Origin: a virus
Taxonomy: Duplodnaviria; Caudoviricetes
IMG/VR virus record: IMGVR_UViG_3300033067_000354
Span: 1 to 39,507 of that record
Strand: one strand, 5' to 3'
DNA: 39,507 nucleotides
Shown here: positions 32,130 through 39,507 of the stretch, one piece after another
Layout of the letters: the number at the start of each line of letters is the position of its first letter
How positions within the stretch are numbered: position 1 is the first letter of the stretch
Made by a program: the position numbers and the translations under genes
The notes under the pieces: model-generated
The model's input: only the letters and a program-made list of their open reading frames with translations
Told to the model about the DNA's origin: nothing
The model's database searches: none

Positions 32130-33116
32130 TCACAGCGCGCCGTTGATGTCGGCGATGACGCCGTGCGCGGCCTGCGTGTCCACTTGCAGACCGTATTCGC
32201 ACGAAATCATGCGGCGCTCGGCGTGCCCGGTGCGGGCCAGCGGGCGCTGCTTGACGTTCTGGAGGAACGCCACGCGGGCATAGTTCGGGTCCAGCACGAA
32301 CACGTCACGGGCCGCAACGGTGCGGGTTTCGAGGAAGCGCGACGGCACGATCTGCAGGGTGCCGAAGTCCGACACGTAGATGTCGATGGCCGCGACCAGC
32401 TTCTTCTTGTCGGTCATGTCCTGATACTTGGTGGCCGAACCAGTGAAGGTCGAAGAGATCTTCTGCTTCACGGCAGAGCCGCACAGGACGATGGACGGCT
32501 CCGCGCCGTTGTTCCAGCACGACGCGATGACGGTCTTCAGCATGTCTTCGGTCAGCGCGCGGGCGGTGCCATCGGTCGCAGCCGCGTTGGGGAAGCCCGA
32601 CGTGGTGCCCGACAGGGTGCCGTTTGCGCCGCCGACGCCGCGCGAGACGTTGGAGGTCAGGAAGGCGGGCAGGCCAGCGGTGACGCGGGCGGTGGTGGAG
32701 TTGCCCGCGACGGCGGCGACGTTGGAGGTCAGCATGACTTCCATGTCGCGCTTCAGTTCCTTCAGCTTGAAGGCAACCTGCTTGGCCAGCGTCTGGATGT
32801 CAGCCGCGCCGTTGACGACCTCGGCGGTGTCCGAGACTTCCACGACCTTGTCCGAGATCTGGGTGTAGTTGCCCAGACGCACGGCGTTGGTCGCGGTGTC
32901 GTTGCCGGGGCTGTCTTCGCCTTCCAACACGCGGTTGGTGGTCGGCGACGCCAGCGTCACGACGGGCCACTCGAAGTAGGTGTTGCCCACCGACTTGCGG
33001 CCAACGGCGGCTTGGAACGGGGTCTCGGTGGACGAGATGGAGATGTACGCATCCTGAAGGTCTTCGCGGATGGTGCGGACATCATAGGTGATGTTGGTGT
33101 TCGCGGTGATCGACAT
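32130..33116 (-). CDS. Major capsid protein (DUF5309-like)
   Basis: REDL.D....IS..ETPF...EG.D...GNYTQI...KELKRDME...IDIYVSDFG; follows the scaffold gene. Confidence 0.9.
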   Translation of the reverse strand: MSITANTNITYDVRTIREDLQDAYISISSTETPFQAAVGRKSVGNTYFEWPVVTLASPTTNRVLEGEDSPGNDTATNAVRLGNYTQISDKVVEVSDTAEVVNGAADIQTLAKQVAFKLKELKRDMEVMLTSNVAAVAGNSTTARVTAGLPAFLTSNVSRGVGGANGTLSGTTSGFPNAAATDGTARALTEDMLKTVIASCWNNGAEPSIVLCGSAVKQKISSTFTGSATKYQDMTDKKKLVAAIDIYVSDFGTLQIVPSRFLETRTVAARDVFVLDPNYARVAFLQNVKQRPLARTGHAERRMISCEYGLQVDTQAAHGVIADINGAL

Positions 33117-33139
33117 GGCGTCGCTCCTATTGGGTGGGT

Positions 33140-34135
33140 TCAGGTCAGGAGGAAGCGCGCGACATCGTCCACGCTCCCGGTGCGTTTCATCTGGCTCTTG
33201 GCCTGCTCAACCTTCACACGCTTGCCCTGCTGCGGCGCAACCTTGGCCCCCGGCTTCAGCGTCGGGGTCTTCGGCTGCTCGGCCCGCTTTTCGGCCACGG
33301 CCTTGCCTGACATCAGCCGCCGATACTGGGCGGCGTCGTGCAGGACGCGGAGTGCGCGATGGTCTGCCACCTGACGCAATTCCTCTTGGCTGTAGCCGTA
33401 GACCTCCATGCCTGTCGCCAGCAGATCCTGCTTGATCTTCGCCGCCGTTTCCGGGTTGGCGAAGGCGGGGATCGCCTGCGTCAGCAACTGCTTCTGTTCG
33501 GCGAGAAACGCGGCGTGCGTCTGCTGCTGCGCCTGCGTCTGCCGTTCAGTCAGTTCTTGGATGGCCGACTGGGCCTGTTGGTACGCTGCGAGGTCGTTGT
33601 CATACTGAACGCGGGCCTCAAGGTAGCCGATGGGGTCGCGTTGCAGGAGGGCTTGGTCAGGCATCTTCGGCGGCTGCATGGGGACCGACCCCGTCTGCAT
33701 GGCCTGAATGAACTGAGCCGCCTGCTGGCGCTCGGCTTGCAGCGCCGCGTAGACTTGCGAGACCTCTTGTTTGGCCTCGGCAACCTGTCGCATGCCCTGC
33801 TGGATGTAGGCTTGTCCCGAATAGCCCCGGAGTAGTTCGCTCAGGGGAACCTGCTGGTCGCGCCCGTCCACCTTCACGGTGAACAGTTGCTCGGCTGGTT
33901 CGTCCTCGGCGTCGTCCGCTTCGCCTTCGTCTGCGCCTTCGTCCTCATCCGCCGCGTCGGCCTGATCGGCGTCGTCGGCGTCGTCCTCGGTCGCGTCGGG
34001 CTGGTCTTGTGCGTCGTCCGCTTTGGACTGCACCAGCGCCTCATCGTCCTGTTCATCGTCTTGCGACGGCCCGTCGATCAGACTTGCCGCCACGGCATCG
34101 ATGTCGTTTCCGTCAAATGCAGTCGTGTCAGACAC
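33140..34135 (-). CDS. Capsid scaffolding protein
   Basis: Acidic N-terminus; FTVKVDG..QQVPLSELLRGY; ends KRTGSVDDVA. Confidence 0.85.
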   Translation of the reverse strand: MSDTTAFDGNDIDAVAASLIDGPSQDDEQDDEALVQSKADDAQDQPDATEDDADDADQADAADEDEGADEGEADDAEDEPAEQLFTVKVDGRDQQVPLSELLRGYSGQAYIQQGMRQVAEAKQEVSQVYAALQAERQQAAQFIQAMQTGSVPMQPPKMPDQALLQRDPIGYLEARVQYDNDLAAYQQAQSAIQELTERQTQAQQQTHAAFLAEQKQLLTQAIPAFANPETAAKIKQDLLATGMEVYGYSQEELRQVADHRALRVLHDAAQYRRLMSGKAVAEKRAEQPKTPTLKPGAKVAPQQGKRVKVEQAKSQMKRTGSVDDVARFLLT

Positions 34136-34376
34136 GGTGCTGCCCCTTCACATTGCGCCGCTCAAGCAGCTTGCCGTCCGTCACATACGACGCAAGCTGG
34201 TCCTTCAGCAGACGCAGCGCCCGGACCATCCGGTGCGCCTCCATGAGTTGTTCAGCATCGCACACATTCTCAGTGAAGATGCTGATCTGTGCGTTTTGTA
34301 CCACATCGAACGCCTCATTGAGAAGGGGGTCGGCCAGCAGGGTCTTGGCGTGGGCCGCGCGCTGCACCTTGTCCAT
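34128..34376 (-). CDS. Conserved small protein between portal and scaffold
   Basis: 82 aa; AKTLLADPLLNEAF motif; overlaps both neighbours. Confidence 0.75.
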   Translation of the reverse strand: MDKVQRAAHAKTLLADPLLNEAFDVVQNAQISIFTENVCDAEQLMEAHRMVRALRLLKDQLASYVTDGKLLERRNVKGQHRV

Positions 34377-36670
34377 CACATCATGCCCCCGTTACCGGGT
34401 GCCTGCGGCGGCTGCGCGGCCATCTGCATGGCCTGCCCGTTCATCTGCTGCTCGGCCTTGATCCGGGCCGTGTCCACGGCCACGCCGTATTTGGCGGCGA
34501 TCTGCGCCATGGCGATCTCCATGTCCTGCAGCATGCGGTCGCGCTCCCGGTCGTCCTGCATCTGGGCCTTGACGAACTCCAGTTGCATGCGCTGGGCGTC
34601 GCTGGTCAGCTTGGCCTGCGCCTTGATCTGCTCGGCGGCGACCATGGCCTGCGCCGGGTCGCCCTGCGGCGGCTGCTGGCCCTGCTGCGGCTGGCCCTGC
34701 GGCTGCTGCGGCTGGATCGGCAGGAAGTACCGATCCACATTCGACACGCCGTTCAGCGACAGGATGTCGGCCAGCGTGTTGCGAAGCTGCGAGATGCCCG
34801 CCAGCGGGTTGCCGGGGCCGTAGGCTTGGATCGCCTGCAACTGGATCTGCAGGGTCTGGCCCAGCACGGCGGTCTTCTGTTCCTCGCGGCCAGTGCCGAG
34901 GCCGACGTTGACGGTCGCGTCCAGTTCCGCGTCCCAGACGCGGGGGTCCATCGGCGTGTAGTTGCCGTTGATCCGCAGCATCTCGGCCTTGATGCTGTGC
35001 TTCGCCATCAGGCGCAGGATCTGGGTGAACAGGCGGCGCATGCCAGTGTACGCAAGGTTGGCCACCATGACCTCGACCTGTCCCGCAGCGGCGCTGACGG
35101 TGGCCGTGACGGCGGCGCGGGTGGTGGACTGCATGGCGTCGGGGTCCAGCCCCATGCTGGCGCGCGTGACGCCCGTCTTCACCTCGACCATCTGATCGAC
35201 GTACTGGAGGGCGGGCAGCGTCTGGCCAGCCACAAAGGGCACGGTCAGATCGCGCAGCATCCCCGGCGCGCGGACGCGGACGACGCCCCCGATCTCGTTG
35301 TTCATCAGGTCGTCCATGTTGACCTGACCCTCGACCGCCTCGGCGCGCGGCTGGTTGGTCATCTGGACGTTGTCCAAGATGCCGCGCAGGATCGCCGTCG
35401 CGGCGTCCTGATCCTGTTCGATGATCTCGACAAGGCTGCGCCCGAAGTACGTGTGCGGCTCAGGATCGACGTGCCAGCCCGCGAAGGGGTGGTCATCGAC
35501 AGGCTCATAGGCCAGCAGGCGGTTGGCCGATCCACCCAGCAGGAACTTGTGGAGGATCGGGACGCCCGTGCCGTCCACGTCGATCCGCATGTACGCCTCG
35601 CTGATGGTCACCAGCTTCATCGCCGGGTCCAGCGCGTTTTCGTCCTCATCGCGGTTGACGGGGTAGCGGCGGTATTCCTCTTCCTCCTGATCGCGCATGT
35701 CGGGGGCACCGCCCACATCCAGCGCCATCACCTTGTCCTCATCGATGCCCATGGCGATGACATCCGCCACCCGCATGTTGGTGCGGTGGCCGATGACGTA
35801 GAAGTCTTCGTCCGACCGCGCGTCGCGGTCGATGAAGAACTCTTCGGGCGGCACGGTCGTGATGCACAGCTTGCCCGCCGGGTTGCGGCGCATGACGCGG
35901 ACGTCGTGCAACTGGGGAAGCGGGTCGGGCATCTGCGGCAGTTGCGCCGGGTCGATGGGCTGGCCAGCGGCTGCGGCCTGTTGGGCCATAGCCTGCGCCT
36001 GCGCGATCTGCTGCTGCAGGGCGGCGATGGTCTGCTCATCGGGGCGTGCGCTCTCGCGCATGATCTCGACGCCGGGGGTGCTGACGACGGCCTGATACTG
36101 GGCGTCGTCCAGATCGGTGAAGTCATAGACCTTCGGGTTGTCGTATTCGGCCCAGTAGGCTTTGGTGAACCCGGCCTTCTTCACCAGCGCGTCGTGCGTG
36201 ACGTCGCGCAGGATCTGGAAGCCGTTGTGCTGGCGGAACTTGGCGGCAGCGTACAGGCTGGCCTGCTCCATGCTGGCGACGTCTTCCGGGCCGCTGGGGA
36301 CGAACTCCACAGGCCGCTCGGACGTCATGAAGACGCGCTGGATGGACGGCTTCACGGCCCGGATGGTGTCCCGGCACTTGGTGGCCACGACGCTGCTGCG
36401 CCCCTCTTCCGCGCCGATGTCCACGTCGCCGTCGAAGTACTTCTGGGCCTTGATGCGCTTGTCGGCGATCTCATCCGAGATGAAATTGATGGCGTCGTCC
36501 ACCGCTTGGCTGACGATGGCCTCAATGGCGTCTTCGTCCATCGGGCTGAACGGTTCGGACGTGTCGGCCTCATCCTCATCGGTCGATGTGTCCATGTCGG
36601 ACATCACCATGTTGATTTCATCTTCATCCGCCAGTTCGACGTCGGGGCCATAGGTGGGACGTTTTGCCAT
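34376..36670 (-). CDS. Portal protein (P22-like)
   Basis: About 764 aa; GRSSVV, DALVKKAG..K.YW, VPPEEFFID, PHTYFGRS, VNVGLGTG; Gln-rich C-terminal barrel. Confidence 0.9.
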   Translation of the reverse strand: MAKRPTYGPDVELADEDEINMVMSDMDTSTDEDEADTSEPFSPMDEDAIEAIVSQAVDDAINFISDEIADKRIKAQKYFDGDVDIGAEEGRSSVVATKCRDTIRAVKPSIQRVFMTSERPVEFVPSGPEDVASMEQASLYAAAKFRQHNGFQILRDVTHDALVKKAGFTKAYWAEYDNPKVYDFTDLDDAQYQAVVSTPGVEIMRESARPDEQTIAALQQQIAQAQAMAQQAAAAGQPIDPAQLPQMPDPLPQLHDVRVMRRNPAGKLCITTVPPEEFFIDRDARSDEDFYVIGHRTNMRVADVIAMGIDEDKVMALDVGGAPDMRDQEEEEYRRYPVNRDEDENALDPAMKLVTISEAYMRIDVDGTGVPILHKFLLGGSANRLLAYEPVDDHPFAGWHVDPEPHTYFGRSLVEIIEQDQDAATAILRGILDNVQMTNQPRAEAVEGQVNMDDLMNNEIGGVVRVRAPGMLRDLTVPFVAGQTLPALQYVDQMVEVKTGVTRASMGLDPDAMQSTTRAAVTATVSAAAGQVEVMVANLAYTGMRRLFTQILRLMAKHSIKAEMLRINGNYTPMDPRVWDAELDATVNVGLGTGREEQKTAVLGQTLQIQLQAIQAYGPGNPLAGISQLRNTLADILSLNGVSNVDRYFLPIQPQQPQGQPQQGQQPPQGDPAQAMVAAEQIKAQAKLTSDAQRMQLEFVKAQMQDDRERDRMLQDMEIAMAQIAAKYGVAVDTARIKAEQQMNGQAMQMAAQPPQAPGNGGMM

Positions 36671-36690
36671 CGTGTACTCCATTCAGCCCG

Positions 36691-38286
36691 TTATCTGCGG
36701 TCTTCGGTCGGCTGCGCGACGGCTTGCGCCCCCGCCCCAGTCAGATAGGCCGTCAGCGCCGCGCGCATGCGTTGCTTGCCCTGATCAGACAGGGGGCGTC
36801 CAGAGATGACCTTTTCGATCAGGTCTTGTACAGCCCGCTCTTGCAGCTTGCCTGCCGCAAGGTTTGCCGCCTGCCCTGTACCGCCAAACGCCCCTGCCGC
36901 CGCTGCCGCCATGTACGGGTCGCGGGTCGCGGCCATGACGCCCCCGCCGACAGTCGCCATCCCGGCGCTGGCCGACATAGGCCCTCGCGGCGCAAACCTG
37001 CCGATGAACCGCAGGGCGTTGTCCAGCGTGCCGCCAGCCGCAATCTGGTTGATCGCCGCCACCTCATCTGGTGACCAGCCGACTTCCTGCCCGCGCACGA
37101 TACGCCGTGCCAGACCACGGAACTGGCCCCTGACGGCATTCTCCATGCCGCTCTGGCTGAACTGGCCCGCGTTGACGCGCGCGATGTCCAGCAAATCTGT
37201 CAGCGTCTCGCCCTTCATGGCGCGCTGATACATGGCGTTTGCGACGCCGATCTGCGGCGCAAGCTGCGACGTTTCGTTGTCGAACTCTTTCAGGATGCGG
37301 CGCAGGATCACGCCCTCGCTGGTGCCTGCCGCGTCGCGGGCGCGCGACGAAATACCCTGCCGGGTGGCCAGTATCTGGGCCGGATCGATGACGGTCCCGC
37401 GCGCGTACAGGTCCAGCAGGTTCAGGACGCCCTGCACCTTGGTGTACTCTGGGTCGATGCGACCGTTGGGCATCAGGATGCCCTGATCTCTGGCGATGAC
37501 GCGCGCCGCCGCCCCGATGTTGCCAAACGTCGTCGCCGGGAAGGCCATGTTCGCTTGTCTGACGTCATCAAACAGGTCACCAGCCGCCGCCTTCAGGTCG
37601 GCAACAGACTGGGGGCCTTTCGGCAAGCGCGTTGCGAGACGCTCAACCGTGTTTGCGGCCAGCGACCCGCCGAGGCCACCGACAAGCTGCGCGATGGTTT
37701 CGGCTGTCGGGTTGTCAGGGAATGCCTGTTCGACCGCCCCCGCCGCCGCGCCGCCGCCTGCCGCCGCTGCGGCCTCGTTCGCCATAAACTTGCCGGGGGC
37801 GTCGCGGAACGCCGTGCCGACATCAGACCACAGTTGACGCCCCGCGTTCAGCACGCTCGGTGCTGCGTTCGCCACGGCGGTGGGTGCAGACACGGCCATC
37901 GTCGCTGCCATCGGAAGGGCCGACCCCACCTCTTGCCCGCCGCGTCGCGCGATCTTTTGCGCCGTCGTCTGCGGGGGGACATCGCTGATCGCCGTCCCGC
38001 CCGTCATCGCTTGGAACAAATCCTTGAGGCTTTGCGATCCGCCCACCGGATAATCCGATGACATGCCGACCACGCCGAGGCCCTTGTTCAGCAAGTCAAT
38101 CGGCGTGCCAAGCGCGCCCGCGATGCCCTCATTGACGCCGCTCATCGTTTGGACGGGCAGCGACGTTTGCGGGGGCGGCGCGACGCGGTTTGCCTCCGCA
38201 AGCAACTGCTGCGCGGCCACAAGGTCGCCTGCCGCGATGGCCCTGTCCACGCCAGCCAAAAGCTGCTCTCTGGTGAAGTCTGCCAT
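36691..38286 (-). CDS. Internal virion/ejection protein
   Basis: 531 aa, Ala/Gly-rich helical; directly downstream of the origin-spanning ejection protein. Confidence 0.65.
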   Translation of the reverse strand: MADFTREQLLAGVDRAIAAGDLVAAQQLLAEANRVAPPPQTSLPVQTMSGVNEGIAGALGTPIDLLNKGLGVVGMSSDYPVGGSQSLKDLFQAMTGGTAISDVPPQTTAQKIARRGGQEVGSALPMAATMAVSAPTAVANAAPSVLNAGRQLWSDVGTAFRDAPGKFMANEAAAAAGGGAAAGAVEQAFPDNPTAETIAQLVGGLGGSLAANTVERLATRLPKGPQSVADLKAAAGDLFDDVRQANMAFPATTFGNIGAAARVIARDQGILMPNGRIDPEYTKVQGVLNLLDLYARGTVIDPAQILATRQGISSRARDAAGTSEGVILRRILKEFDNETSQLAPQIGVANAMYQRAMKGETLTDLLDIARVNAGQFSQSGMENAVRGQFRGLARRIVRGQEVGWSPDEVAAINQIAAGGTLDNALRFIGRFAPRGPMSASAGMATVGGGVMAATRDPYMAAAAAGAFGGTGQAANLAAGKLQERAVQDLIEKVISGRPLSDQGKQRMRAALTAYLTGAGAQAVAQPTEDRR

Positions 38287-38287
38287 G

Positions 38288-39507
38288 TCAATTACCCCCG
38301 CCCGTCACGTAGTCCATCGGGTCCGTGCCTGCCCCGCCGAACAGCGGGTTCTGCTCGGCATAGGCGCGCATGTACTGCGGCCAGCCCGCATCCAGTCGCC
38401 CCTTTTCAGCGATGTACTGATCCGCCAGCCGCGCCAGTTCGACTTTACGCTGTGCCACTTTGCGCTGGGCATTGATGACCAGCTTGTTGCCTGCCAGACT
38501 GTTGTCGAGGTTCGCGGCCATGCTCTCGACAAAGCTGCGGTCGGCGTTGGAGAAGCCCGCGCCGAGAGAGCCGCCCATCTGACCAAGCACAGCTTGCGCC
38601 GTCGCGCCCCGGAAGGCTTCGATGCTGCCCACCTCTGCCGGGTTCCCGCCCATCGCCTCGACCAGCTTTCGCATGGAGATGATGGCCTCAGTCCCCGTCC
38701 CCGTGCGGAAATTGGGGTCGGCCATCAGGCTTTCCATGTAGGACAGGTTGCCGATCTGATCCATCGCGGCGGCGGCGCTGTCTTGCAGGGTGGTGTACGT
38801 TTTCGCGCCCCACTCGCCGAGGGTTTTGTCATAGGCCGTTTCACCCGCAGGCATCGTCGTCGTGGGCGCGCCTGCCTTCTTGACCGTCGTCAGGTAGTCC
38901 ATAAACGTGCCCGTGAAACCCTGCGCCCGCGCAGCGTCGTATTCGCGCATATCGTCGGTGCCAGTCGTCTGGGGGACGTCCCCGCCGACGCGTGTGATGG
39001 TGCCATCGGGCTGCATGCTGTAGAGGCCCTCCGCGATCTGCGCGTTGGGGAACTGTTGCCGCAGCGTGGCGGCATCCACGACAGAGCCTTGCGGTTTTTC
39101 CGGTGTCAGCGCCGCCGCGACAGCCGACTTGGCGTCCAGCGCGCCCGTCGTCAGCGCCTCGGCCAGATCGGTGCGCCCCTTGGACGCCAGCCACTGGGCC
39201 GTGCGGTTGGCGATCTGCTGATCCTGCCGCTGCTGCTGACGCGCGCCGATCATCTGGGCGATGCCCTGATCCGGGTTCATCCGCAGGCTGTTCGCGGCCA
39301 GCGCGATGGCGTCCAGCACGCGCCCGTCCTTCCAGCCCGCCTTGAGGCGCTGGCCGAATGTCTGCGGTTCGTCTTGCATATCGAGAAGGCCCATCGCCCC
39401 ACCCCCGCTTGTACTCATCGTGATGTTGCCGCCGCCGCCGCCGCCGCCGACGTTCTGCCCGACCCAGTCCGCAGCCCACCCCGGCAGGCTGTCGCGGCTG
39501 TAGGACG
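38288..39507 (-). CDS. 3' part of the origin-spanning ejection protein (joins 1..366)
   Basis: Frame is open from 39430 through GNITMSTSGGGAMGLLD... to the stop at 38288; G.GFSNADR motif. Confidence 0.8.
   Translation of the reverse strand, partial: SYSRDSLPGWAADWVGQNVGGGGGGGNITMSTSGGGAMGLLDMQDEPQTFGQRLKAGWKDGRVLDAIALAANSLRMNPDQGIAQMIGARQQQRQDQQIANRTAQWLASKGRTDLAEALTTGALDAKSAVAAALTPEKPQGSVVDAATLRQQFPNAQIAEGLYSMQPDGTITRVGGDVPQTTGTDDMREYDAARAQGFTGTFMDYLTTVKKAGAPTTTMPAGETAYDKTLGEWGAKTYTTLQDSAAAAMDQIGNLSYMESLMADPNFRTGTGTEAIISMRKLVEAMGGNPAEVGSIEAFRGATAQAVLGQMGGSLGAGFSNADRSFVESMAANLDNSLAGNKLVINAQRKVAQRKVELARLADQYIAEKGRLDAGWPQYMRAYAEQNPLFGGAGTDPMDYVTGGGN
39431..39507. repeat. Second copy of the 77-bp terminal overlap
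   Basis: Identical to 1-77. Confidence 0.97.

Noticed and set aside
34583-36748. 721-aa plus-strand ORF
   Set aside because: Antisense shadow of the portal gene.
1-39507. Integrase, CI repressor, PurZ, reverse transcriptase/DGR, tRNA, CRISPR array, stop-codon recoding
   Set aside because: No supporting motifs seen by eye, and core genes are intact under the standard bacterial code; HMM and tRNA scans would be needed to be definitive.

Overview
Complete circular genome (39,430 bp unique plus a 77-bp assembly overlap, 1-77 = 39431-39507) of a GC-rich, short-tailed (podovirus-like) dsDNA phage. The host is probably an alphaproteobacterium (Rhodobacteraceae-like), inferred from promoter style and RPxxRP motifs. 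Minus-strand late arm, reading across the origin: terS, terL, a four-gene candidate virion-cargo cassette, adaptor and tail genes, an embedded lysis cassette, a P22 gp10-like hub, ejection proteins (one with an N-terminal M15 peptidase split by the assembly junction), then portal, scaffold, major capsid and a fibre gene. Minus-strand replication block: VRR-NUC, family A DNA polymerase, primase-helicase, then an iteron/AT-rich putative origin. Plus-strand early/middle arm: RHH-like regulator, TerB, Acb2/Tad1-like protein, Cas4-like exonuclease, SSB, SNF2 helicase, dCTP deaminase, DUF5664, small early genes and DUF932. I saw no integrase, CI-like repressor, tRNA, CRISPR array or PurZ. Highlights: (1) a dif-like XerC/XerD site with an adjacent IHF consensus in an integrase-less tailed phage; (2) a GLLD-motif cassette after terL that includes an HhH-glycosylase-like protein; (3) a polymerase with DpoZ-like substitutions plus DUF5664 but no PurZ; (4) face-to-face promoters and repeated promoter-hairpin-leader modules. 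All family calls come from motif recognition by eye, not database searches.
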